This document shows, piece by piece, positions 9,148 to 16,517 of a stretch of 28,946 nt of DNA. Each line of letters opens with the position of its first letter. The stretch's first letter is position 1. The translations under genes and the position numbers were made by a program. The DNA is from a virus (taxonomy: Duplodnaviria; Caudoviricetes). Location: positions 1 to 28,946 of the IMG/VR virus record IMGVR_UViG_3300022178_001367. One strand, given 5' to 3'. The notes below the pieces were generated by a model. It ran no database searches, had not been told where the DNA came from, and saw nothing but the letters and a program-made list of their open reading frames with translations.

Positions 9148-9308
9148 TAGAATTTATTTTAACTCACTATAAAGACGACTTACTAGCTATGGCATTTGCC
9201 TACATTGGTATAATATCTATTATAATGATGTTCTTACCAAAGGACAACTTCATTAAAAAATTCTTCAAAGAATTTGCATCAATCTTTACAACTTTTTTTA
9301 AAAAATGA
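9144..9308 (+). CDS. 54-aa single-pass membrane protein (below ORF-track cutoff)
   Basis: MIEFILTHYKDDLLAMAFAYIGIISIIMMFLPKDNFIKKFFKEFASIFTTFFKK; ATGA overlaps at both ends. Confidence 0.75.
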   Translation: MIEFILTHYKDDLLAMAFAYIGIISIIMMFLPKDNFIKKFFKEFASIFTTFFKK

Positions 9309-9610
9309 GCCACGAATTTTCAGAATTAGATATTAACAATGACTCCGACTATGGTTGGGGTGAAAGCATTACATCAACCAATTACAATTATTTCTTTGTA
9401 CCTTCTATACCTGAGTGGGCATATAGTGAGTATGATGGCTTATACTATGAAGGCGTACAATACAATTGGGATGAGGTAGATTACAGATTAACTGTAGATT
9501 ACAATAGTGTACCTGAGCCAGCAGATGCAGGATTCATAGGTGCATTGATGGTAGGAATTTTTGTAGCATTCTGTTACTTTAAAAACAAGAAAGATATGGA
9601 GGAAAAATAA
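9305..9610 (+). CDS. PEP-CTERM sorting domain-containing protein
   Basis: Acidic/aromatic N-domain then VPEP (9509-9520), TM helix AGFIGALMVGIFVAFCYF, and basic KNKK. Confidence 0.75.
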   Translation: MSHEFSELDINNDSDYGWGESITSTNYNYFFVPSIPEWAYSEYDGLYYEGVQYNWDEVDYRLTVDYNSVPEPADAGFIGALMVGIFVAFCYFKNKKDMEEK

Positions 9611-9612
9611 TT

Positions 9613-9696
9613 ATGGCACATTACGGAAAAGGAAGTTGTGGAGAAAAGAAGGGTGGCAAGAGTAAAGGTCGCAGAACAATGAAAGGAAAATACTAA
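9613..9696 (+). CDS. 27-aa Lys/Gly-rich peptide
   Basis: taattATG start; MAHYGKGSCGEKKGGKSKGRRTMKGKY; TAATG coupling. Confidence 0.65.
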   Translation: MAHYGKGSCGEKKGGKSKGRRTMKGKY

Positions 9697-9809
9697 TGCC
9701 ATTTAGCAAGTATAGTCCTAAGCAAAAGAAACTAGCCAGAGTTGCAGCACCTCGTAATAAGATTACTCAGGCTGACTTCAAAGCACTCAAGCGCAAGAAG
9801 ATTAAATAA
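9696..9809 (+). CDS. 37-aa basic peptide
   Basis: MPFSKYSPKQKKLARVAAPRNKITQADFKALKRKKIK; TAATG coupling on both sides. Confidence 0.7.
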   Translation: MPFSKYSPKQKKLARVAAPRNKITQADFKALKRKKIK

Positions 9810-9958
9810 TGGCTAAGATATGCAAGAGAGGTGTAGCGTGGGCTAGGAGAACTTTTGACAAGTATCCTAGTGCTTACGCAAATATGGCTGCCTCCAAGTA
9901 TTGCAAAGACCCCAACTATGCCAAAGGCGCTAAAGGCAAGAAAAGAAAGAAGAAGTAA
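9809..9958 (+). CDS. 49-aa basic protein (N-half of DUF5872-like family)
   Basis: MAKICKRGVAWARRTFDKYPSAYANMAASKYCKDPNYAKGAKGKKRKKK; YPSAYAN motif. Confidence 0.7.
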   Translation: MAKICKRGVAWARRTFDKYPSAYANMAASKYCKDPNYAKGAKGKKRKKK

Positions 9959-10212
9959 TGGGTGAACTCAAAAAGTGGAGAGAACAAAACTGGGTTAGGA
10001 TTGGAACTGATGGGAAGATTAAAGGACCTTGCGGAACTTCAAAAAACAAAAAGAACCCAGACCGTTGCCTTCCAATGGCTAAAGCCAAGAGTTTATCTCA
10101 ATCTGAGCGAGCAGCCACAGCAAAGAAAAAGAAAAGAGCTGGTTCAAAGGGCAAGCAATTTGTGGCAAATACACCTAGAGCCAAGGTATCATTCAAAAGA
10201 AAGAAAGCATGA
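9958..10212 (+). CDS. Basic protein (C-half of DUF5872-like family)
   Basis: LKKWREQNWV...CG...RCLP...KKR...GKQFV motif pattern. Confidence 0.75.
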   Translation: MGELKKWREQNWVRIGTDGKIKGPCGTSKNKKNPDRCLPMAKAKSLSQSERAATAKKKKRAGSKGKQFVANTPRAKVSFKRKKA

Positions 10213-10472
10213 AAAGAAAACTCATAGGAGATAGCTTTGACTCAGAAGGTAGTGGATATGATTATGCAGGTGCAGGATTTGATGTAACTAGAGATGCTCT
10301 AGGTAAAATGCGTTCAAGAAACCCAAGGACTGGACAAATACTTAAAGGAAGAAAACACCCAACATATGAATTAACAAAAAAGGGAGAAAAGGAAGCAGGA
10401 TATGCTATTGGTAAGTTATTTCCTAAAGGCAAATATACATCTTATAAACCAAATAGAAAGACAGTAAAGTGA
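10209..10472 (+). CDS. Basic hypothetical protein
   Basis: 87 aa, SRNPRTGQILKGRKHPT motif; coupled at both ends. Confidence 0.7.
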   Translation: MKRKLIGDSFDSEGSGYDYAGAGFDVTRDALGKMRSRNPRTGQILKGRKHPTYELTKKGEKEAGYAIGKLFPKGKYTSYKPNRKTVK

Positions 10473-10705
10473 AGAAAGAACATAAAAGCAAAAAGGGAGG
10501 ACTAACTGCCGCAGGAAGAGCTTACTTCAAGAGAAAGACTGGTGCTAACTTACAAGCTCCAGTTACTGAGTCTAAGCCAACAGGTAAGAAGGCAGCTAGA
10601 AAGAAATCATTTTGTGCCAGAATGTCTGGTGTCAAAGGTCCAATGAAGGACAAAAAAGGAAGACCAACTCGTAAAGCACTAGCGTTGCGTAGATGGAAAT
10701 GTTAA
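10469..10705 (+). CDS. Basic protein (DUF6321-like)
   Basis: GGLTAAGRAYF...RKKSFCARMSG...LRRWKC motif pattern; GTG start overlapping the previous stop. Confidence 0.75.
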   Translation: MKKEHKSKKGGLTAAGRAYFKRKTGANLQAPVTESKPTGKKAARKKSFCARMSGVKGPMKDKKGRPTRKALALRRWKC

Positions 10706-10717
10706 TAATTTAATACA

Positions 10718-11110
10718 ATGAATAGAATAACTAGAGAAAGAATCAAAAAGCAAAGAGAAGCCAAGGGTTTTACTGGAATCCAAATCAAGGATTTAGGTAA
10801 GTTCTTCAAGCGAAAAGAAATGCAAGCACCTACACCTAGTGGAGTAAAGCCCAAAGCTGATGCCCCTAAGTCTAGTACCACTAACACTACTACTTCGGTA
10901 CAGCAAAAAAAGAATGACAGAGTTTCTGGCAGAATAAAAACTGGTACTCCTACAGCTAGTCAACAAACACAAACTCAACAAACATCTGTTTCTCAAAAAG
11001 ATGCGATTAGGAATCAAATTAAAAATCTTCAAGCTAGACAAGAAAAAGCTGGGAAGAAATTAAAGTTTTCGCTTCAACAACAGATAGACAAACTCAAAGC
11101 AAAGCTATAA
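10718..11110 (+). CDS. Basic K/Q/T-rich hypothetical protein
   Basis: 130-aa ORF filling the gap before the nozzle gene; disordered middle and C-terminal helices. Confidence 0.7.
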   Translation: MNRITRERIKKQREAKGFTGIQIKDLGKFFKRKEMQAPTPSGVKPKADAPKSSTTNTTTSVQQKKNDRVSGRIKTGTPTASQQTQTQQTSVSQKDAIRNQIKNLQARQEKAGKKLKFSLQQQIDKLKAKL

Positions 11111-11113
11111 GTA

Positions 11114-13381
11114 GTGCCTAGATACGACAAGTACGGACCACAGGATGATGTAACCCTTGAAGACCTAGACATAGGTTTTACTGGGTTCAACAATCGTTTG
11201 CGCCCAGACCAGTTAACTGCTGGTATGCTCGCTGAGTGTAACAATGCTAGGCTAGATAGAACTGGCTCTTGGGAACTCCGTAATGGTGTCGATTCAGTAG
11301 GTGCGCCTATTGCTGTAGGTGCTGATGCCCTGATTCTTACTGAATCAGGATTTACCTTGTTGGCAGATGATAATACTGTAACTATTACCATTGATGGTAA
11401 TGATGATTTGCAGATAGCTGATTATAATAACATAGCTACTTTGCCAGCTACTGGCAGTATTCTCATATCTGGATTAACAGGAGTTACACCTGACCCTACA
11501 ACTGCACCACAAACTTACACAAAGAGTGGCTCTAATCTTATTGTAGCAGGAACATTTTCTGGTACACCAGCTGGGACAGAGGTAGTAAAGTTCCCAGTAT
11601 TAAATGACAATGTAGTAAATAAGGTATATGGTTCTTGTTCTTTTTCTGACCCCAACTCAGCGGACAACGAGAGCTATATTATTGTTGCTACAAATATCAA
11701 GGCAGTTGCTTACAAGGTATCTGACCCAAGCACTACTTTTAATTTATCTTACCCAAGTGCGACAACTATATCTAGTAAAGTAGATATGATACAAGCCTTT
11801 AATAAATTACTTATATTTAGAAAAGGTGAGGTAGCACTAGAGGTAGACTTAGCTGCAAATAATATCACAAGTAGTCCAGCTATGTCATTGGTCTCAAGTG
11901 GAGTATACACTCAACAGTCAACTGTTAGTGTTACTGACTTAGATATAGCAACAAAGGTTGCGACAGCTACAGTATCTAGTGTAGGTGGATTAAATGTAGG
12001 TCAAGTCCTAACAGTTTCTGCTGTTGGAAGTTCTAGTGGATTTTCTGTAAATGACACAATTACAATTAGTACCATAGATACTGCAACAAACAAATTTACA
12101 TTTATTGCAGATGTAACCGACCAAACAAACAAGAATATAACATTTGTAACCAAAATATCCAGTAACCTTGGGTTTATCCATATGCCTACACCAGAGTTTG
12201 GTACATTACACCAAAGGAGATTGGTTGTACCTTATCAGTTTGACCCAGAAAATAGCAATGCTTCTCGTAAAATCTTTGATGAAGTGATTGCTTCAGATAT
12301 TTTAGACAGTAATACATATGACAGAATTTTTGGTTCATTTAGATTTAATGCAGGTGCTAGTGACTTTACTGTTGGGATTGTTTCTTTTACTGAGGACTCT
12401 ATCTTAATATTTAATAAGAATAGTATATACAGAGTATCTGGAACAGTTAACCCACAGAATGCTACTACTCAAGTATTGACCAATGAGATTGGTGCATTGG
12501 CTAGAAAGTCAATCGTACAAGTAGGCAAGAATGTATTCTTCTTATCAGATAATGGTGTGTACTCATTAGAGTTCCTTGATGAATACAATCTTCGTGGTAC
12601 ACAAACCCCACTATCTGAGCCAATACAGAATACAATAGAGCAAATTGACCAAAGGTTTGCTAAGAACTCTACTGCTGTTTACTTCAATAATAGATACTAT
12701 ATAGCAGTACCATTGAAGACAAACCCAGATGGTAGCTCAAATGACAATGGTGTAAATAATGCAATACTTGTATATAACTTCTTAAATAATCAATGGGAGT
12801 CAGTAGACACAGTTAACACATCACCACAATTTGAGTACACAAATTTAATAATAGCTGGTTTAGGAAATGACAGAGGTGTTTATTCCATTAATGAAAATGG
12901 TGGCATACACTTAATTGCCTCAGATGAAGCTAACTTTTCTACATCATCTCGCTCTGGCTTTGACAATGTTATTACACAAGTTGGAGAAACATCAAGCACA
13001 CCAGTCAGGGTAGAGGGCAAGCTCAAGACTAGAATGTATACATATAATGATATTGGTCGCAAGAAGTATAATAGTTTTGACATACAAGCTGAAGGTAATA
13101 CCATTGTCCCAACTGATTTTTCTATAAAGATAGAGACAGAAAACATTGATACAGACTTAGGGACACAAAAATCATTACTTGGTAATGCTAGCAAATACCT
13201 AGGAAATGAACCAATTGCTCCATCTACTCCAGCTGAAGATGTTGCCATTCGTGGTAGAATAGGAAATATGAGAGCTTATGGTGCGCAATTACAGATTGAA
13301 AATATAGAAGGTACACCAAAAATCCGAAACATAAAGACAGCAGCAACACAGACTTTCAAATCAACTAACCCAGCAACATAA
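11114..13381 (+). CDS. Tail nozzle / stabilization protein (tail tubular B / P22 gp10-like beta-propeller)
   Basis: GFTGFNNRL...NARLD...LRNG N-terminus; IG-ALARKSI, VFFLSDNGVY, LSEPIQ, YYIAVP and LVYNFLNNQW propeller-type motifs; 755 aa. Confidence 0.75.
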   Translation: MPRYDKYGPQDDVTLEDLDIGFTGFNNRLRPDQLTAGMLAECNNARLDRTGSWELRNGVDSVGAPIAVGADALILTESGFTLLADDNTVTITIDGNDDLQIADYNNIATLPATGSILISGLTGVTPDPTTAPQTYTKSGSNLIVAGTFSGTPAGTEVVKFPVLNDNVVNKVYGSCSFSDPNSADNESYIIVATNIKAVAYKVSDPSTTFNLSYPSATTISSKVDMIQAFNKLLIFRKGEVALEVDLAANNITSSPAMSLVSSGVYTQQSTVSVTDLDIATKVATATVSSVGGLNVGQVLTVSAVGSSSGFSVNDTITISTIDTATNKFTFIADVTDQTNKNITFVTKISSNLGFIHMPTPEFGTLHQRRLVVPYQFDPENSNASRKIFDEVIASDILDSNTYDRIFGSFRFNAGASDFTVGIVSFTEDSILIFNKNSIYRVSGTVNPQNATTQVLTNEIGALARKSIVQVGKNVFFLSDNGVYSLEFLDEYNLRGTQTPLSEPIQNTIEQIDQRFAKNSTAVYFNNRYYIAVPLKTNPDGSSNDNGVNNAILVYNFLNNQWESVDTVNTSPQFEYTNLIIAGLGNDRGVYSINENGGIHLIASDEANFSTSSRSGFDNVITQVGETSSTPVRVEGKLKTRMYTYNDIGRKKYNSFDIQAEGNTIVPTDFSIKIETENIDTDLGTQKSLLGNASKYLGNEPIAPSTPAEDVAIRGRIGNMRAYGAQLQIENIEGTPKIRNIKTAATQTFKSTNPAT

Positions 13382-14322
13382 TGGCAAGATTCGTAACAGG
13401 TAATTCATTTAGTACAGGAGACCAAGTAACAGCAACTACATTAAATAATGCTGTTAACAATGCTAAGGCATCAACTGATTCAGTAGATAACTCTAGTATT
13501 GCAGTAGATGGCTCTGGAGTATTAAGCGTAAAGACTTCAACAAGTGCATCTGATGGTGTAACATTTGCTAAGTTTCAACAAATTCCAGCTAACACAGTAT
13601 TAGTAAGAGATGCTAATTCTCTGGGTTCAGTATCTGCAAAGGCAGTAACTGATACTCAAATACTTATTGGTGATGGTACTGGTTTTACTTCAGCAGCACT
13701 TAGTGGTGATGCCACTATGACAAATGCAGGTGCAGTAACAGTTAGTAGTGTTGCTTCTGGCGCTACAGGTACAACTGCTAGTTCGGGGGATAGTTCAAAT
13801 AAATTAGCGACTACTGAATATGCAGACTCCATAAGACCTAATATTGTTACTAGCACAAAACTAGATGCAGCTACATTAAGTGTAACCAAAAGCACATATG
13901 CCGACTTTCCAACATTAGAAACTGCAATTACTTCAAGGTATGAGAATACAAAATTTATAGTAACTGGTTTTGTTTCATGTGGATTTACAAGTAATGCTTC
14001 TGATGGCATCGTTAAGGCTCAATACAAGGTTGGTGCTGGTGCTTACCAAGATTTTAATTTAGCTACTGGTGCTGGCAATAGAGTGGCTGGTCATTTTTCT
14101 ATTGGACAAAATGCTGATAACAATACAGGAATAAACTCAGAGGCATTTAGTATACCAACACCAGCGATAACAAACTCAGCTGGAGATGTTATTACATTTA
14201 AACTACAAATTACTCTTGTTAATGCTAATGGAACACTTTATATTAATAGAGAAGAATCAGATGATAGTGATGATAATGGTACTCGTAGGGTAATTTCAAC
14301 ACTAACGGTACAAGAAGTGTAA
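13381..14322 (+). CDS. Tail fibre protein
   Basis: N-terminal F-TGDQVTATTLN anchor, G/S/T/A repeats, KLATTEY fibre motif, C-terminal beta-sandwich ending ISTLTVQEV. Confidence 0.75.
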   Translation: MARFVTGNSFSTGDQVTATTLNNAVNNAKASTDSVDNSSIAVDGSGVLSVKTSTSASDGVTFAKFQQIPANTVLVRDANSLGSVSAKAVTDTQILIGDGTGFTSAALSGDATMTNAGAVTVSSVASGATGTTASSGDSSNKLATTEYADSIRPNIVTSTKLDAATLSVTKSTYADFPTLETAITSRYENTKFIVTGFVSCGFTSNASDGIVKAQYKVGAGAYQDFNLATGAGNRVAGHFSIGQNADNNTGINSEAFSIPTPAITNSAGDVITFKLQITLVNANGTLYINREESDDSDDNGTRRVISTLTVQEV

Positions 14323-14789
14323 TGTCACTAGCATCATATGTTCGCAAATGGCTTGAGATAAATGGAATACCAGAAGAGATAAAGAAGATTGTGGGATATT
14401 GTATAAGAAAAGAAAACGGTAAAGTATTTGAGGGAATGGATGAAGATACCATTACCACAATGATTACTTATCATTTCTTGAAGAAGACAATATCCGTTAT
14501 CTATGAAGATGAAGAAGTTGTGGGTGTTCATATGTGGTATAATTGTAACTATACTGATGACTTTTCATTCATAGAAAACTGGGAGGAGGACAGAGAGGAC
14601 GGAGATACAATATTTATGGCATTTCTTTTTGCTGAAAGTAATGATGTGATGAAAAAACTCATACATGATTTCATGGATAAAGAGCCAGATATGTTAACAA
14701 AGAATCTAGTAGCAATGAGAAAGAAGGGTGGATACCCAAGAAGACTAGATGTATCAAGAAAATATTTTAGCAAAATACTTAAGAGATAA
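14322..14789 (+). CDS. Hypothetical protein, possibly GNAT-like tail assembly factor
   Basis: Syntenic slot before the ejection genes, where podoviruses often have a GNAT-like gene; VIYEDEEVVGVHMW hairpin. Confidence 0.55.
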   Translation: MSLASYVRKWLEINGIPEEIKKIVGYCIRKENGKVFEGMDEDTITTMITYHFLKKTISVIYEDEEVVGVHMWYNCNYTDDFSFIENWEEDREDGDTIFMAFLFAESNDVMKKLIHDFMDKEPDMLTKNLVAMRKKGGYPRRLDVSRKYFSKILKR

Positions 14790-14791
14790 TT

Positions 14792-15880
14792 ATGGGAGGA
14801 AGTAAAACAGTTATACAACAGCCAGCACAAATTGACCCATCTGAATCAATGGGCGAATACTTGTTTGGTAGCGGATTTAAAGATTTTGAAGGTATCACCG
14901 ACCCTCGATTGCAGCAAAGAATTATAGAGGCAGAGGCTCAATATAGACCACAGTATACTGCGCTAGAGTTAGCTGAACAAGAGGCTGCACTCTTTGGTAA
15001 AGATGGACAAGCTGGACTTCTTGAAATGCAAAGACGAGCAGGTGAGGAAGCCATAGACTTTGAGGAAGCAGCTAGAGAAAGACAGATTCGCAAAGAGACT
15101 TCATTACTTGGTGAGCTAGGTCCAGAGGTTACTGAAGCACTAAGGGCAGCTGACCCTACATCGGCAAGACTTGCTGACTTACAGGCACAGCAAGCAGAGA
15201 CTTTATACGCAGAAGCAGAAGGTGGACTATCACCAGAGAGAGCTAGAGAAGCAGAGCAAGCAGCTCGTATGGCTGGAGTAGCTCGTGGTAGAGTAGGCGA
15301 TGCTGGAACAATGGCACAAGAGTTACTTGGCAGGGAAGCATCGAGAGCGCAACTTCGTGCAGAAGCAAGACAAGCTGGTCAACTAGGATTTGGTCAAGCT
15401 CGTCAAATGGGTGGAGACCCATCAGCATTCTTGTTTGGTAGACCTACCCAGCAGACACAAATGGGTTCACAGTTATATGGACAAGCATTTGGACTAGCTT
15501 CTCAACAGCAAGGACCACAACTCTTTGACCCAAATGTTGGTGTCAACTTAGCAATGCAACAACGCTCACAAGATATGACATTGATGGGTGCGCAAGCACA
15601 AGCTAAAGCTACTAAAAGCGCAGGTACAATGGGTGCTATAGGTAGTATTATAGGTGGAATGGCTACAGGTGGTACAGGATTTTTTTGTTGGGTAGCTCGT
15701 GAAGTATATGGAGCAGAAAATCCTCGTTGGCTACAGTTTAGACAATGGGTTATACACAAGTCTCCAAATTGGTTCTTTAGATTTTATGCAAAGTACGGAG
15801 AAAGATTTGCAAAATTTATTTCAAACAAACCTTTTATAAAGAATATCATTCGCAAGTGGATGGATACAAAGATTAGTTAG
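14792..15880 (+). CDS. Putative internal virion/ejection protein with C-terminal CWVAREVYG domain
   Basis: MGGSK start, A/Q/G/E-rich helices, Gly-rich hydrophobic segment, then a basic aromatic C-domain. Confidence 0.7.
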   Translation: MGGSKTVIQQPAQIDPSESMGEYLFGSGFKDFEGITDPRLQQRIIEAEAQYRPQYTALELAEQEAALFGKDGQAGLLEMQRRAGEEAIDFEEAARERQIRKETSLLGELGPEVTEALRAADPTSARLADLQAQQAETLYAEAEGGLSPERAREAEQAARMAGVARGRVGDAGTMAQELLGREASRAQLRAEARQAGQLGFGQARQMGGDPSAFLFGRPTQQTQMGSQLYGQAFGLASQQQGPQLFDPNVGVNLAMQQRSQDMTLMGAQAQAKATKSAGTMGAIGSIIGGMATGGTGFFCWVAREVYGAENPRWLQFRQWVIHKSPNWFFRFYAKYGERFAKFISNKPFIKNIIRKWMDTKIS

Positions 15881-15882
15881 TT

Positions 15883-16509
15883 ATGGCATTTCAATCAGGA
15901 ACACGAGTTGACCCAAGACTATTAGATTACAGCGGATATGCCCAAGGCATGACCCAAGCATCTGCTATACAGGCTACTGCATTAGCAGACTTAGGTAATC
16001 GTGTCGGAGAAGCAATCGAAGAAGCTGGTAAAAAGAAAGCTGACAAAGAAATCAAGAAAGGACTAGAGGGTTTACTTAAATCTAATACAGAGTTTGCTGC
16101 TACATTAGGTATAACACCAACTCCTTCTATAGGAGCAGCTGGAGAACTAGTTGTCACACAACCTACAGACGAAGCTTACAAGATTGGTGCAGATACTATA
16201 TTCAAGACATTTGGTAGAGATGCTTCTAAGGCATTATATGGACAAGCTCTTCTGTCTACCTTTGAAGATGATGATGACGATGATGATAGATTTACTGCAT
16301 CAAAACTTGATAAGTTTGTTGACTCAGTTGATTCTGGTGCATTGAAAGATATGTACCAAATCAAAGACAATAAGTTATTTAGAAGAAAAAGCAAAGGACA
16401 AGCGGAGAGGCAGATTACCTTAGGAGATATTGATGAAATTCTTGAGTACGAGGGAGCTAAAGAGTTTATTGAACTAGGAAGTGACCCAAGAGGACTTTTT
16501 TCTGACTAA
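15883..16509 (+). CDS. Putative internal virion/ejection protein
   Basis: MAFQSG...DYSGYAQG helical N-terminus; lies between two ejection-type genes. Confidence 0.6.
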   Translation: MAFQSGTRVDPRLLDYSGYAQGMTQASAIQATALADLGNRVGEAIEEAGKKKADKEIKKGLEGLLKSNTEFAATLGITPTPSIGAAGELVVTQPTDEAYKIGADTIFKTFGRDASKALYGQALLSTFEDDDDDDDRFTASKLDKFVDSVDSGALKDMYQIKDNKLFRRKSKGQAERQITLGDIDEILEYEGAKEFIELGSDPRGLFSD

Positions 16510-16517
16510 TCTTTGCT

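Noticed and set aside
4487-14322. Diversity-generating retroelement acting on fibres
   Set aside because: No reverse transcriptase and no TR/VR near-duplicate differing at adenines seen
16267-16287. GAT/GAC trinucleotide run
   Set aside because: Short in-frame poly-Asp linker with no sign of further function
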